Of a stretch of DNA of 64,000 nt, positions 47,074-64,000 are shown in pieces. The first letter of the stretch is position 1. The number at the start of each line of letters is the position of its first letter. A program made the position numbers and the translations under genes. The notes below the pieces were generated by a model. It searched no databases. It was not told where the DNA came from and saw nothing but the letters and a program-made list of their open reading frames with translations. The stretch is from the human T2T-CHM13v2.0 reference genome, Homo sapiens, in assembly GCF_009914755.1 (NCBI RefSeq), contig NC_060925.1; one strand, given 5' to 3'.

Positions 47074-47635
47074 GTTTCACACTATTTCGTGTACTTCATG
47101 CCATAGGTCTCATGTATTTTATCCTTACTCCTTCCAGTCCATTCTCAACATTGGAGCCACGGTGGCCCCTTTAAAACATAAGCCAAATCATGTCCTCTTC
47201 TGATCAAAACAGAGGAGGCCTCCTATGTGACTCACAGTTAAAGACCAAAAGTCCTTACCAAAAATGGCTCAAGTTTCTACTGGATCTTGTTCCGCCACCA
47301 CCACTACACCCCAACCAATTTCTCTTCCACTCACTCACCGCACTTCAGCCATCCCGGATTCCTTGCTTTCCCTTGAAAATGGCAAGCTAGCTTTCATCTT
47401 AGAGCCTTTGCACAGTCTGTTTCCTCTACCAGCAATGCTGTTGCCCTGCTATCTTCATGGCTAACTCCATTACCTCCTTCAAATCATCTTGAGTTTCAAC
47501 TACTTATCAGGACCAACTTTGAACACCTATTTAAAATTTCAACCCACCCACTCTGCACTCTCAATGCCCCTTATTATGACCTACTTCTCATTTTTTTCTA
47601 TAGCACATATCACCTTCTAATATGAAATACTGTAA

Positions 47636-48212
<577 letters not shown>

Positions 48213-48709
48213 TGACTAATTTTTTGTATTTTTGGTAGAGATCGGGTTTCACAGTGTTGGCCAGGCTGGTCTCAAACTCCTGACCTCAAGAGATCTGCCC
48301 ACTTTCACCTCCCAAATTGCTGGGACTACCTGCATGAACCACAGCGCCCAGCCATAAAAATTTTATTTAAAAAACTATATATTGGGCCAGGTGTGGTGGC
48401 TCACGCCTGTAATCCCAGCACGTTGGGAGGCCGAGGCAGGCAGATCATGAGGTCAGGAGATCAAGACCATCCTAGCTAACATGGTGAAACCCCGTCTCCA
48501 CTAAAAATACAAAAATTAGCCGGGCTCGGTGGCAGGCACCTGTAGTTCCAGCTGCTCAGGAGGCTGAGGCAGGAGACTCACTGGCATGAACCCAGGAGGC
48601 GGAGGTTGCAGTGAGCCGAGATTGCACCGCTGCACTCCAGCCTGGGTGACAGAGCAAGACTCTGTCTCAAAAAAAAAATAAATAAATAAAAATAAAAATA
48701 AAAAAATAT

Positions 48710-49105
48710 ATATTTATCATGTACATGTTGTTTTGAAATACGTATGTATCGTACAATGGCTAAATCAAGCCAGTTAACATATTAATTACCTCCCATACTT
48801 ATTTTCTGTGGTGAGAACACTTAAACTCTACTCTCTTAACAATTTTCAAGAATATGATACATTGTTATTTACTATAGTCACCATGCTGCACAATAGATCT
48901 CTTGAACTTATTTCTCCTAACTGAAATTTTGTATCCTTTGACCAGTGTTACTGAAACACTCAGTTCCTGGTTACCGTTATTCTGCTCTCTGCTTCTATTA
49001 ACGAGTTCAACTTTTTTAGATTCCACATATAAGCAAAATCATGCAGTATTTATCTTTCTGTGCCAGGCTTATTTCATTTGGCATAATGTTCTCCAGGCTC
49101 ACCCA
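48710..49105 (-). mobile_element. L1MA-type 3' end fragment
   Basis: GTGGTGAGAACACTTAAACTCTACTCTCTTAACAATTTTCAAGAATA...TTTTAGATTCCACATATAAG. Confidence 0.8.
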
Positions 49106-49107
49106 TG

Positions 49108-49109
<2 letters not shown>

Positions 49110-49156
<47 letters not shown>
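49110..49156. repeat. (CA)n microsatellite
   Basis: Perfect AC run of about 23 units. Confidence 0.95.
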
Positions 49157-49160
<4 letters not shown>

Positions 49161-50237
49161 TTATCGTTCATTTTCTCCGACTAACTTGTAAGGCTCATAA
49201 GAACGGGGATATTTACTAAGAACAGTACCTGACACATAGTAAGCACTCAATAAATATTTGCTATTAAATGAATAATGTAGCATACAATCCATATTTATTA
49301 TGGAAAAACTTTACGCATGGGAGTTAATAAGCATTTGAATTGTTCCATTATCTATGTAGAGGCCAAGGTGATCCACTTAAACTCCTTCCTCAATATTTAG
49401 CATAATGCAAAGATAAAAACTTTTCTTTAACTGTTCTTTAATTGTTTATTATTCACATAAATGCTATTCTCAACTGTTCATTATTCAGATAAATGGTATT
49501 GCTGTCAAAGAGGGCACAGTGAGTGAGCAGATCAAGAACAAATCACTGTTAAGTAGGATGCTCAAAGATGATATGCTATAATGATGCTGATTTAGTAGCA
49601 TCTTGTACAGAAAAGGGAAATACAGGAATTTTGCAATAACGAAGTATAACATTTCCCCTTTAGGTTTCAACTACAAATAAGCTACTTAGAAGTCTGTAGA
49701 TCATAGGTTTCTGAATCTGGGAAACAGTACTTGCTGGTGAGCAGTAAGGCAGTCAATCTCATTTGGATATAAACAAAAGCAATATTGCTTCTTCCAGACT
49801 TAAAACTTGCCATATTTTTCTTTGGATCAGGGGATGTTAAATATTCTCTTTTATTTAAAATAATTTCAAAATTAACTATTTCAGGGCTTTCAAAGAAAAG
49901 TTATTGAGAACAGTAGCGTGAATGAGTCTAATGCTACAGTGAGGAGAATGCAAATGAGTGAAGAATACTCCACCTCTCTGAAAGCTAGAAATCTAAGTCA
50001 GGCCTAGGAAGTCTATCCTGGCCTGGCAGAAGGGCATATTAGATCTAAAGAATCAGTATGGGGCTATGTTTCTGACTGCAATTTAAAGGGTTTTCAAAAA
50101 ACAGTATCAAGAATTAGTGTGGGCCAGGCGCGGTGGCTCACGCCTGTAATCTCAGCACTTTGGGAGGCCGAGGCGGGCGGATCACAAGGTCAGGAGTTCG
50201 AGACCAGCCTGGCCAGCCTGGTGAAACTCCGTCTCTA

Positions 50238-50435
<198 letters not shown>

Positions 50436-51787
50436 TTAAGACCTATTAAGAAACGTCAGAGTCTTGCTCTGTCATCCAGGCTGAAGTGCAGTGGCACGAC
50501 ACATAGCATACTGTAACCTCCAACTCCTGGACTCAAGCAATCCTCCCACCTCAGCCCCCCAAGTAGCTGAGACTATAGATGCACATCACTGTGCCCTACT
50601 AATTTTTATTTTATTTTATTTAGTTTATTTTTTGTAGAGACAGTGTCTCGCTACGTTACCCAGGCTACTCTCAAACTCTTGACCTCAAGTGATCATCCTA
50701 CCTCAGCCTCCCAAAGTGCTAGGATTATAGGCATAAGCCACTGCACCCTGTCAGAAGATTCATTCATGTCATATTTTACAAGTCACGTATTGTTTACCTA
50801 TATATTACCTCATTTTGTCATTTTGATCATGACTAAGCTGTCTACCAAATAGGTTAGATAATTTAAAAAATAATAAAAATGAGTTTTTTTAATTTTAAAT
50901 GAGATGTAAATATCTTTTTGTTTCATTATTTTTACAGACATGACTTCAGATATATTACATTTCAAAATTATTGTTACGGTATAAGGACTATTGCTTTTTA
51001 TTACATAGGACAGATGGTCCCCAAGTTTAGACAGGGTTGAAGTTAAAGGAAGATGAGACAGCCCTGGCTGGCTATGCCTGGGTGAAGGGCAGTCTGTCCC
51101 TGAGACTGTCCACACTCAATTTTGTCGTGTATCCAGAGTTGGTCCAGCTTTCAGGCTTCCTCTTACTAAACAAAAACTCAACAAAGCTGAAAGAAGTATT
51201 TCCCCATTGTAATTAATACAATTACTTCCCATTTTATACATATTCAAGGACTTTGTGCTCCAACAAAAGGAGACAAAGAAATACATAATCTCTTTTTTTT
51301 GAGAGAGAGAGTCTCACTTTGTCACCCAGGCTGGAGTGCAGTGGCGCGATCTCAATTCACTGCAACTTTCGCCCCCCTGGGTTCAAGTGATTCACCTGCT
51401 TCAGCCTCCCAAGTAACTGGGACTACAGGCAGGTGCCACCATACCCAGCTAATTTTTGTATTTTCAGTAGAGACGGGGTTTTGCCATGTTGGCCAGGCTG
51501 GTCTCGAACTTCTGACCTCAGGTGATCTGCCTGCCTTGGCCTCCAAAGTGCTGGGATTATAGGCGTGAGCCACCATGCCTGGACTTTAATACATTTTAAA
51601 TGTGAAGATTAAACAGTAAGTACAACTGAAAATTATAACAATTTAAATATTAAATGCAAATCATCAGTCTGTTATCAGTTGTTGGGTAAAATGAATAAAG
51701 TATTACAAACAAGCTAAGCTAAATGCTATCTAAAATAAAGAAAATGTAATACATGTATTACAAAAAATAATTTTTTTTCAAAAGTTA

Positions 51788-52357
<570 letters not shown>

Positions 52358-53831
52358 TTAGGCCCACCCATCAGGAATGAGATTCACATATATCTGCGCA
52401 GTCGGACTGGTGGTCCTGGGTAAACTAAAGAGATACTCTTTCCTAGTCCTATGTCTTCCCTAGTCCCATGTCTTCCTGGAAGGATACCATGCCCCAGATT
52501 TCCTCTCAGGGCCCAGTAGTACAGAGAGCAGTGACACACAGCTGAACTAGGGAAAATGCAGGCACCTAAAGAGATCCTAGGCGGGAAGTTTAAGGGAGAA
52601 GTTAGATTGAATCAGCCTGGCAGGGTGACTCACGGCTGTAATCCCAGCACTTTGCGAGGCCAAGGCAGGCAGATCACCAGGTCAGGAGTTCGAGACCAGC
52701 CTGGCCAATATGGTGAAACCCCATCTCTACTAAAAATACAAAAATTATCTGGGCGTGATGGCGCATGCCTGTACTCCCAGCTACTTAGAAGGCTAAGGCA
52801 GGAGAATTGCTTGAACCCAGGAGGCAGAGGTTGCAGTCAGCTGAGATCGAGCCACTGCACTCCAGCCTGAAGACACAGCGAGACTCCGTCTAAAAAAAAA
52901 CAACAAAAAATAAACGGAACCTGCCCCACTATCCTTCAACAGTAGATGACATTGACCTCTATGAGGAAAAGGGAGGTAGAAGCTTGGGTTATAATTTGGT
53001 GGCAAAGCGTGTGATGGCTTCTGGTTTTACAGGGAGTGGTATAAGCTAAGAAGAAAGATCATCTATAAAGAATAAGGATAGGTGAGTAATGGGGTTGTAG
53101 AAGTGAGAAAGATGGAGAAAATCTGAAACCACCCTTGTTGAGAATGAGAAAATGAGCTGACTTTTAAAAACAGTAGGATTTCTGGGAGGCTTGGAGGATC
53201 ACAATGAGGTTGGTGCCAGTCACTGGCATAGCAGTTTGCCCGGTGGCATGATTCTCAAGCTGTGCTCAGACCCAGGTGCAGGTTCACAAGAGTGGGTCCC
53301 TCCCCCCTTGGTAGATTGCTTCTTACTGGTGATCTCAGTCATTAAAATCGCTCAACCGATATAGATTTTTGTGTCTATTTCTCCATCTGTAAAAGGAGAA
53401 GGAACAGGAGTATGTGACTGAACAGAGACCTCTGACATGCCAGGATTATGTTTTTGGCAAGTCTGTTTTACAAGGCTATGGGCCTTTAAAGCAATGGACT
53501 ATGCTTTATTCACTTTTGGGTCCCAAATATCTCACAGTTATGTTGGATAAATGGTCGTGGGATAAATGATGGAATGAATTTTAAAGTCTGTACATTCCTC
53601 AGACTTAGTTTGTGACTTTTTTGCTCCTTCAAACTAAGACATTATTAAAAAGTAGGAAAAAAAATTTAAGAACTAGAAAAGCCATTTGTGTTTTATCAGT
53701 AAGTGGAGAGGAATAAAATGAAGAATGAGGTAACCTTAAAACCCAACTTAAGCCAAGCGTGGTGGCTCACGCCTGTAATCCCAGCACTTTGGGAGGCCAA
53801 GGCAGGCGGATCACCTGAGGTCAGGAGTTCA

Positions 53832-54090
<259 letters not shown>

Positions 54091-54243
54091 TTATAAGAAA
54101 AATAGTTTACAATTTTGAACATTTGGTTGGTATAAATAATTGTATGTGTATTTGTATTCCATTCTGTTCCATGGGGATTTGAAATTGCTTTATGTGTTTG
54201 TAGAAAAAATAATACAATTACATAAGAGCCTTGTTTAAAAAGG

Positions 54244-55361
54244 AGTCATGTGCTTCATAATAATGTTTTGGTCCAGGATGGACAGCATAAACATGGTAGC
54301 ATACAATGATAGTACCTAAGTTGTTTTTTTTGTTTGTTTTTTGAAATAGGATCTCTCTCTGTAGCCCAGGCTGGAGTACAGTGGCGTGATCACGGCTCAC
54401 TGCAGCTTAGGCCTCCAGGGCTCAAGTGATCCTCCCACCTCTCAACCTCCCGAGTAGCTGGGACTGCAGGGCTGTGCCACCATGCCCAGCTAATATTTTG
54501 TATTTTTTGTAGAGATGGGTGGGGTTTCACCATGTTGCCCATGCTGGTCTCAAACTCCTGGGCTCAAGTGATCTGCCTGCCTCAGCCTCCCTAAATGCCG
54601 GGATTACAGGAATGAGCCACCACTCCCAGTCAGTAGTCCTTAAGATTATAAAGAACCTGAAAAATTCCTATCACCCAATGATGTCGTAACCACGGTAAGT
54701 TGTAGTGCACTGCATTACTCACATATTTTTGGTGATGCTGGAGAAAAACAAACCTACCAAACTGAGCTGCCAGTTGTATAAAAGTGTAGCACATACAATT
54801 ATGTACAGTACATAATACTTGATAATGATAAACAACTATGTTACTGGTTTATGTATTTACTATACTGTATTTTTTTTTTGAGATGGAGTTTCGCTCGTTA
54901 CCCAGGCTGGAGTGCAATGGCGTGAGCTCAGCTGACCACAACCTCCACCTCCCGGGTTCAAGCAATTCTCCCGAGTAGGTGGGATTACAGGCAAGTGCCA
55001 TCATGCCCAGCTAATTTTGTATTTTTAGTAGAGACGGGGTTTCTCCATTTTGGTCAGGCTGGTCTCAAACTCCCGACCTCAGGTGATCCACCCCCTAGGC
55101 CTCCCACAGTGCTGGGATTACACGTGTGAGCCACAGGGCCTGGCCACCATATTTTTATTGTACTCTTTCTATGCTTAGATACACAAGGACTTACCAAGGG
55201 TTCAGGATAGTAACATGCTGTACAGGTTTGTAGCTGAGGTGTATAGTAGTCTATATCATCCAGGTTTGTGTAAGTATGTACTATGATGTTGAAACAATGA
55301 TGAAATCACCCAGCAACACATTTCTCAGAACATGTCCCTGTCGTTAAGCGACCCAACACTG
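54244..55361 (+). mobile_element. Tigger3/Golem non-autonomous DNA transposon split by two Alus
   Basis: TIR-like ends AGTCATGTGCTTCATAA and TTAAGCGACCCAACACTG; internal AAGATTATA..CTGAAAAATTCCTATC and CATTTCTCAGAACATGTCCCTGTCG. Confidence 0.75.
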
Positions 55362-55411
55362 TATTTACAGTGAGTTATTAAATCCCTAAGGATGCCGGGC
55401 GCGGTGGTTCA

Positions 55412-55725
<314 letters not shown>

Positions 55726-56178
55726 TCACAAAACTACAGGATGAATATGGCACATCTTCAAGAAACAACAGCGTTACAATGATTTTCATAGGTGAAGGTG
55801 TGGAAGGAGCTGCCTGAGATGTACATTGGAGATGGTTACCATTCTCCTAAAAAGCTACAGCATAAAGAGGCTATGATGTTTATTTTTAAATTTTTATTTA
55901 TTTATTTATATATTTTGAGATGGAGTCTTGCTCTGTCACCAGCTGGAGTACAGTGGCATGATCTCAACTCACTGCAACCTCTGCCTCTCAGGTGCAAGCG
56001 ATTCCCCTGCCTCAGCCTCCTGAGTAGCTGGGACTACAGGTGTGCATCACCGCGCCCTGCTATTTTTTTTTGTATTTTAGTAGAGACAGGGTTTCACCAT
56101 GTTGGCCAGGATGGTGTCATCTCCCTATCTCATGATCCGCCCGCCTCAGCCTCCCAAAGTGCTGGGATTACAGCATGA

Positions 56179-56329
<151 letters not shown>

Positions 56330-56499
56330 TAGCTAGGACTACAGGTGCACGCCACCACACTCAGCTAATTTTTGTATTTTTAGTAGAGATAGGGTTTCAC
56401 CATATTGGCAAGGCTGGTCTCGAACTCCTGACCTCGTGATCTGCCCACCTCAGCCTCCCACAGTGCTGGGATTACAGGCGTGAGCCACCACGCCCAGCT

Positions 56500-57043
56500 G
56501 ATGTTCATGTGTTAACTTTACTGGGCCAAAGGGAGCCCAGGTATTTATTTGGTTAAACATTATTTTGGGTGTGTGTGGGAGGGTGTTTCTGGGTGAGATT
56601 AACATTTAAATCACTAGACTGAGTGAAGTACATTATGCTCCATCATGTGGGTGGGCCTTATTGAATAAGTTGAGGATATCAGATGAGATAGGGCACATTC
56701 AGGGTGGTATGGCCATAGACGAGGATATCAATACAACAAAAAAGCTGACCCTCCTTTGAATAAGAGAGAATTCTTTTTGCCTGATAGCATTTGTTTGAGC
56801 TAAGACATCAGCTCTTCCTGGGTTAAGCACCAGCTAGCCTTCAAACGGGAACTATGGCATTGCCTCCCCTGGTTCTCAGCTATTCCGACTCAGACCAGAA
56901 GTAAACCATCAGCTCTGCTGGGTCTGCACCTTGCAGACTCACCCTGCAGATCTTGGAACTTACCAGCCTCCATAATTATGTGGGCCAGTTTCTTATTTCA
57001 TATACACATACATATATATATATTTCATTACAGACGTATAGAC

Positions 57044-57105
<62 letters not shown>

Positions 57106-57160
57106 TATATATATAATGTCTCCTGTTGGTTCTGTTTCTCTGCAGAATGCTGACTAAAAC
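56500..57160 (+). mobile_element. MLT2-type (ERVL) LTR with a (TA)n expansion at about 57047-57101
   Basis: AAACATTATTTTGGGTGTGTGTGGGAGGGTGTTTCTGGGTGAGATTAACATTT...CCTGTTGGTTCTGTTTCTCTGCAGAATGCTGACTAA. Confidence 0.8.
56678..56720 (-). pseudogene. 3'-truncated (tailless) 5S rRNA retropseudogene, nt 1-43
   Basis: The reverse complement GTCTATGGCCATACCACCCTGAATGTGCCCTATCTCATCTGAT differs from the recalled 5S 5' end (GTCTACGGCCATACCACCCTGAACGCGCCCGATCTCGTCTGAT) at 5 positions, all in CpGs. TSD GAGGATATCA at 56672-56681 and 56721-56730. Confidence 0.92.
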
Positions 57161-58106
57161 CCAGGCTAAGAACTTTAGTATTTGGCCTGTTGATTTAGAA
57201 ATAACTTCCTTCCCAATGTCTTCACAAGTATCTGCTAACCTTGGTAAACAAAATTATAATCACTTCATTTCCTAAAAGCTTCAAATTGAAATTGACATAA
57301 AAATAAATTATAGAATGCAGGTGGTGGGTAAATTAATTCTCCCTGTATAATTCTTTCTATTTTTCTGTGTGTTTGATAATTTTTATAACAAAATATTTGG
57401 AAAAAGAAATTGCTGGCCAGGCACAGTGGCTCACGCCTGTAATCCCAGCACTTTGGGAGGCCGAGGCGGGCGGAACACCTGAGGTCGGGAATTCGAGACC
57501 AGCCTGACCAACATGGATAAACCCCGTCTCTACTAAAAATACAAAATTAACTGGGCGTGGTGGCGCATGCCTGTAATCCCTCCTACTCCAGAGGCTGAGG
57601 CAAAAGAATTGCTTGAACCCAGGAGGCGGAGGTTGCAGTGAGCTAAGATTGACACCACTGCACTCCAGCCTGGGCAACAAGAGCGAAACTCCGTCTCAAA
57701 AAAAAAAAAAAAAAAAAGAAAGAAAGAAAAGAAAAGAAATTGCTTTGAAGTACATAGGTTATGACAAAAAATCTCTAATATTAAAGAGAAAAGATATTTA
57801 TAAAATAGAATAAACTGATACAACCTCACTAGGATTTTAAATAAATGTAGTTTAATTCAAATCCCCCCAATTCCAAAATGGCAGTAACAAGACAAAAATA
57901 GAGCAGTGTGAAGTTTTCTATAACTTCACTGCTCCTTTCAAATACCCTACTCAAAACCTACCCCTTCTCTCTTTCTGCAAATGGCCTTTCTTCTGCTCTG
58001 AGAAGAGTGATACCATCAGGCATGAAATGCTCCACTGTCAAGCCAGGCGCAATGGCTCATGCCTGTAATCCCAGCACTTTGGGAGGCCGAGGTAGGTGGA
58101 TCACTA

Positions 58107-58510
<404 letters not shown>

Positions 58511-58864
58511 TTAAAAAAAGAGAAATGCTCCACTGTCCAACATGGTTACCTAGAAACTTATTGGTAGGTGTCCCCTTTTTAGTTTTCTCTAGTCTCAGGG
58601 GAGGAGGTATACTGCCTCCTATTCCAACCAATCTAGTCACTTTGTCCCTATTCCCTCCTCATTCTCCAAAATCTTGTTCTATCACTTAGTCCTCTGTTCT
58701 TGTTTCTTGGGCCCCTTTCTCATTACCAGTTTCTTTCCCTACAATATTTATGAAATGCCTAACAATCCTCTTCTCCAAAATACTCTTCCTTTGTCTCAGA
58801 TCCACACGATAACTATTTTATGGAGATTCCTGTCTAGAAGATTCTGGGCATTCCTTAGGTAATG

Positions 58865-59145
58865 CCACTCAGAGTGCTGGTCTGTGAACTGTTTGTTACT
58901 AGTCAGACTGAGATAAAGAGCTTTCATTAGAGTGTAAAGCAACTATGTCAGTAAGTATGCAGTTTCATTTACCTGGCTTTTTTTTTTTTTTAAGTAAGAC
59001 TTCCTCAATGAAAGAAGCAGTGTGTGGATTTACATTCTGGCATTGGTCTCTTATCTCACTGTGGACTGGTAATGAATAGTTTGTGGACTGGTACCTGTCT
59101 GTGAACTAGCTTGTTTGTGGACTACATTTTGAGTAACACTGACTA
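58865..59145. mobile_element. MER119-like hAT-Charlie fragment
   Basis: GTGCTGGTCTGTGAACTGTTTGTTACTAGTC...GATAAAG and TTTGTGGACTACATTTTGAGTAACACTG. Confidence 0.5.
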
Positions 59146-59469
59146 GAGTAACACTAAAGCAACTCCCTGTATCCCCACACCAATATCCTACCCTAGTTAA
59201 ATGAGGCTAGAGAGAGAACTATCAGAATTATTTTTGTTTGGTGCTCAGTTGATGCTTCTAAGATGCAGATCATGTGTGTCTGTCTGAATCAGTTTTTGTC
59301 TAGGGCATTGTTTTTCAAACTACAGATCTTGAAGGGTTGTGAAATCAGTGCAGTGAGGGTTAACCAGCAAAATAATATAAAGTAAAATAGAAAATATTTT
59401 AAGGCATCACAAACCACTTGTTAAAAATTGTTTTGTGAAACTTTTGATTCAGTTATATTTATATTTTTG

Positions 59470-59905
59470 ATAGATTAGATTATTGTTCAGAGGGATTCAT
59501 TTCTCACCTCCATGGGTGGAGTATACTTTTCTGCCCCTGAACATTGGGCTTCCTATATGACTTGCTTTAGCCAATGGAATGATAGCAGATGTGATATGAT
59601 CAAAGGTTTGAAGAGTAGTTGTGCAACTGGGCTTACTCTTTTGCACTTCTACCATTTCCATGAGAAAAATATGCCCAGGCTAGTCTGCAGGTATCAATAA
59701 TAGGATAAGAGGTATGTGGGGCAGAGCCACCTGAGCTGAACTACCTAGCCAGCCTCAGCTTATGTTAGCCAACCACCAACTACCCTCAGATACATGAGCA
59801 GCCAAGATCAGCAGTGCCACCTAACTGAGGCCAGCATAGATTGGCTGGCCCTAACTAACCCATAACAATTGAGTGGAAATTAATGCTTATTGTTATAACC
59901 TCTGC
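59470..59905 (+). mobile_element. Old MLT1 (H/J-like) LTR
   Basis: ATGACTTGCTTTAGCCAATGGAATG...CCATTTCCATGAGAAAAATATGCCCAGGCTAG. Confidence 0.6.
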
Positions 59906-59981
59906 TTTTCTTAACCTATTTCAAGATATGTTTCTGTCTCTCGCAAATTAAGCAGCAAGTTCTTATTAATACAATAGTATT

Positions 59982-60300
59982 GGGGACATGGATGAAGCTG
60001 GAAACCATCATTCTGAGCAAACTATCGCAAGGACAGAAAACCAAACACCGCATGTTCTTATTCATAGGTGGGAATTGAACAATGAGAACACTTGGACACA
60101 GGGCAGGGAACATCACACACCGGGGCCTGTCGTGGGGTCGGGGTGGGGGAGGGATAGCATTAAGAGAAATACCTAATGTAAATGCGAGTTAATGTGTGCA
60201 GCACACCAATATGGCACATGAATACATATGTAACAAACCTGCACGTTGTGCACATGTACCCTAGAACTTAAAGGATAATTTTAAAAAATAAGAATAAAAA
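59982..60300 (+). mobile_element. 5'-truncated L1PA (about L1PA4-6) 3' end with tail and TSD
   Basis: GGGACATGGATGAAGCTGGAAACCATCATTCT...GCACATGTACCCTAGAACTTAAAG. TSD AATACAATAGT(A/G)TT at 59968-59981 and 60301-60314. Confidence 0.92.
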
Positions 60301-60494
60301 AATACAATAGTGTTTATAGGGCGGGCGCGGTGGCTCACACCTGTAATCCCAGCACTTCGGGAAGCGAGGCACGCAGATCACCTGAGGTCAGGAGTTTGAG
60401 ACCAGCCTGGCCGACATGGTGAAACCCCATCTCTACTTAAAAATACAAAAATTAGCCGGGCATGGTGGCAGGCACCTATAATCCCATCTAGTCA

Positions 60495-60593
<99 letters not shown>

Positions 60594-60772
60594 TTAGTCT
60601 CAAAAAAACAAAAAACAGTATTTATAAATAGTATTAAGCCCTGGTGTTCACACTGACATATTTTATTCATTCTATTTATAATCCATCTCCTCAGGCTGGG
60701 TGTGGTGGCTCACGCCTGTAATCCCAGCATTTTGGGAGATCAAGGCAGGCGGATCACGAGGTCAAGACATCA

Positions 60773-61022
<250 letters not shown>

Positions 61023-61227
61023 CTAGCTTAAATGCTATATAAAGTTATATATTAGAAGCAAAGGTAAGAATTTTCCCCCACAATTTAATTCAACTTAATA
61101 CTTTCTGGCAGAGTGCGGTGGCTCATGTCTGTGATGCTAGCACTCTGGGAGGCCAAGGAGGGCAAATCGCCTGAGGTCAGGAGTTTGAGACCAGCCTGGC
61201 CAACATGGCAAAACCCCGTCTCTACTA

Positions 61228-61386
<159 letters not shown>

Positions 61387-61387
61387 C

Positions 61388-61428
<41 letters not shown>

Positions 61429-62951
61429 ATCAACTTAATACTTTCCTATCGCACTCATTATGATTACACTTCAGTCTATAAAATATTAGATCCTTCACAG
61501 AGGCTTCAAATATGTCACAACTGAAAAGCTGTGTTTTCAAAATGCAATTCATAGCTCAGAAGTAATGGGAAGTAATTTCTAATAACTGTCGGAAATGTAT
61601 AATTCCCATTATTATGAACTTGATACTTACTATGTTTTTGATACTCCATCCAAGAGGGCTGTCCATTGGGTGAGAGGTCACAGTAGTAGAGCTATGAGGT
61701 GCATCACCCCCTGTATGGGCTAAGGGACAGTGGAAGAGGTAAAGTTTGAGCTGTATCTCTCATATCAAGGAGCATCTCTCATACAGGTGGAGGATTCTAG
61801 AGGGACTTCCAATAACCAACAAAAATATCCCATGCATTTGGGTCTGCTATACCCAGTGAGTGTTACTCAGAGAAACAGCAGTAATCAACAGCATAAAGAC
61901 TACAACCTGGTTATAGATGGTGAAGTATTAATAAGGAGACAATCTCCCTGCTTCCTCCTCCTCAGACCAGATCAGAGCTGTAAGTACTGAGGGAAGAGAG
62001 TGAAGGGCACGGCATGAAGGCCAGGTCCTGAGAGCCACAAATTTGGTTTATGCTGAATGGAATGACATTGTTCTGACAACCAAAATAATGGAATAAGATC
62101 AAAGTATATCTAAGAGAGCCCTATATGCAGGGGTGGTGGGGAAGGTGGTGGTGCGTGTATGTGCATGTGTGTGTGGTGTGCCAAAGATTGCAACAGTTAC
62201 TTTTTCTCATGCCTGTAATCCCAACATTTTGGGAGGTGGAGGCGGGAGGACCATTTGAGTCCAGGAGTTTGAAACCAGCCTAGGCAACATAGCAAGACTC
62301 TATCTCTACAAAAAAAATTAAAAATTAGCAGAGCATGGTGACACATGCCTGTAGTCCCAGCTACTGGATAAGCTGAGGCGGGAGAATCACTTGAGCCCAG
62401 GAGTTTGAGGCTGCATTGACCCATGATCATGCCCCAGTACTCTAGCCTGGGCAATACAGCAGGACTCTGTCAATCAATTTATCTTCTTTTTGTCCTAATA
62501 AGATTCTCCAGGGGACCCGTTTCTTTTTATTGTTATCTACAGGAATATTCCTGTCTAAATAAGAGACCACTGTATAGATTCAGGGTGCCATCTCCTTCGC
62601 CAATTCTGGAGAAGCTTTGACGTTATTTCTAATGTCTATATTTAATACTACTAATAATAATTAACATACTATCAATAATTAACATTAATGACTGTTTCTG
62701 TCATTATGCCAAATTTATAGATTATTCTACACATTATATTTAGATTACTACCTCCAATCTCCAAGAAAGTATTTTAGGGCCGGGCACGGTGGCTCACGCC
62801 TGTAATCCCAACACTTTGGGAAGACAAGGCTGGCGAATCACAAGGTCAGGAGATTGAGACCATCCTGGCTAACACGGTGAAACCTCGTCTCTACTAAAAA
62901 TACAAAAATTAGCTGGGCGTGGTGGCACGCACCGGTAGTCCCAGCTCCTCA

Positions 62952-63149
<198 letters not shown>

Positions 63150-63522
63150 TCAATTTAATGTTACTTTGTTTCCATTTTAGTGGTTGATATATCTAATTTT
63201 ATCCCCAGATCTTCAGATTACCTCATAATTTGGATCCCAGAGATCTCTACAGACTGATTTTAATGAATATATTCCTTAAAAGTCTTTTTAAACAGAAAAA
63301 GGTTGTGAATTCTATTTTATAATTTGTGAAACAAAGAAGAGAATGTGGCAGGGCATGGTGGCTCACGCCTGTAATCCCAACAATTTGGGAGGCCGAGGCA
63401 GGTGGATCACCTGAGGTCAGGAGTTCGAGACCAGCGCGGCTAACATGGCGAAATCCCGTTTCTACTAAAAATACAAAAATTAGTGGGGTGCAGTGGCGCG
63501 TGCCTGTAATCCCAGCTATTCA

Positions 63523-63660
<138 letters not shown>

Positions 63661-64000
63661 TTAGTAAAGAATACAGCATATTGAGGCAGACTTAAAATGC
63701 AAACTTTAGCACGCCTGTAATCCCAGATAGGACGCTGACGCAGGAGTATCTACTTGAACCTGGGAGGCAGCGGTTTCAGTGAGCCGAGATCGCGCCACTG
63801 CACTTCAGCCTGAGCGACAGAGCGAAACTCGGTCTCAAAAATAAATAAATAAATAAACAAAATAAAAATAAATAAATAAAACGTAAACTTTAAAGTTTTC
63901 ACTGTCTACTCTTTTTATTTAGCCTAATAAATCCTTATAAAATCATATAACAGGAAGAAATTTACATACCTTCTAACTTGCCTGTTTAAAAGACCGTATA

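Noticed and set aside
61630-62050. Unique-looking, moderately GC-rich segment with an 86-aa ORF
   Set aside because: No recognisable protein or convincing splice pair. It may be a very old LTR remnant.

Overview
Primate, almost certainly human, genomic DNA that is dominated by repeats. I found no recognisable spliced protein-coding exon. About 60 Alus (manual count) are interspersed with old L1, L2, MaLR and DNA-transposon fragments. Main landmarks: (1) a processed retrocopy of PRELID1 (24712-25949) with a fully open 219-codon ORF, both UTRs, a tail and a 10-bp TSD, inserted into an old L1 ORF1; (2) a two-LTR HERV9/LTR12 provirus (38658-47073, GTTT TSD, tRNA-Arg PBS) with disrupted gag-pro-pol, no recognisable integrase or env SU, and an antisense HERV-K(HML-2) LTR5 solo LTR inside its leader; (3) a 5'-truncated SVA inside an MLT1 LTR; (4) two ~44-nt tailless retropseudogenes, the 5' end of U5 snRNA (10424-10467) and the 5' end of 5S rRNA (56678-56720), each flanked by a TSD; (5) a MADE1 hairpin and several rearranged Alus. 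Nearly all track ORFs are Alu or LTR artefacts. I see no evidence of a wholly new biological system; the best leads are the intact PRELID1 retro-ORF, the nested ERV promoters and the tailless RNA copies. Family names and reference sequences come from memory, not from a database search.
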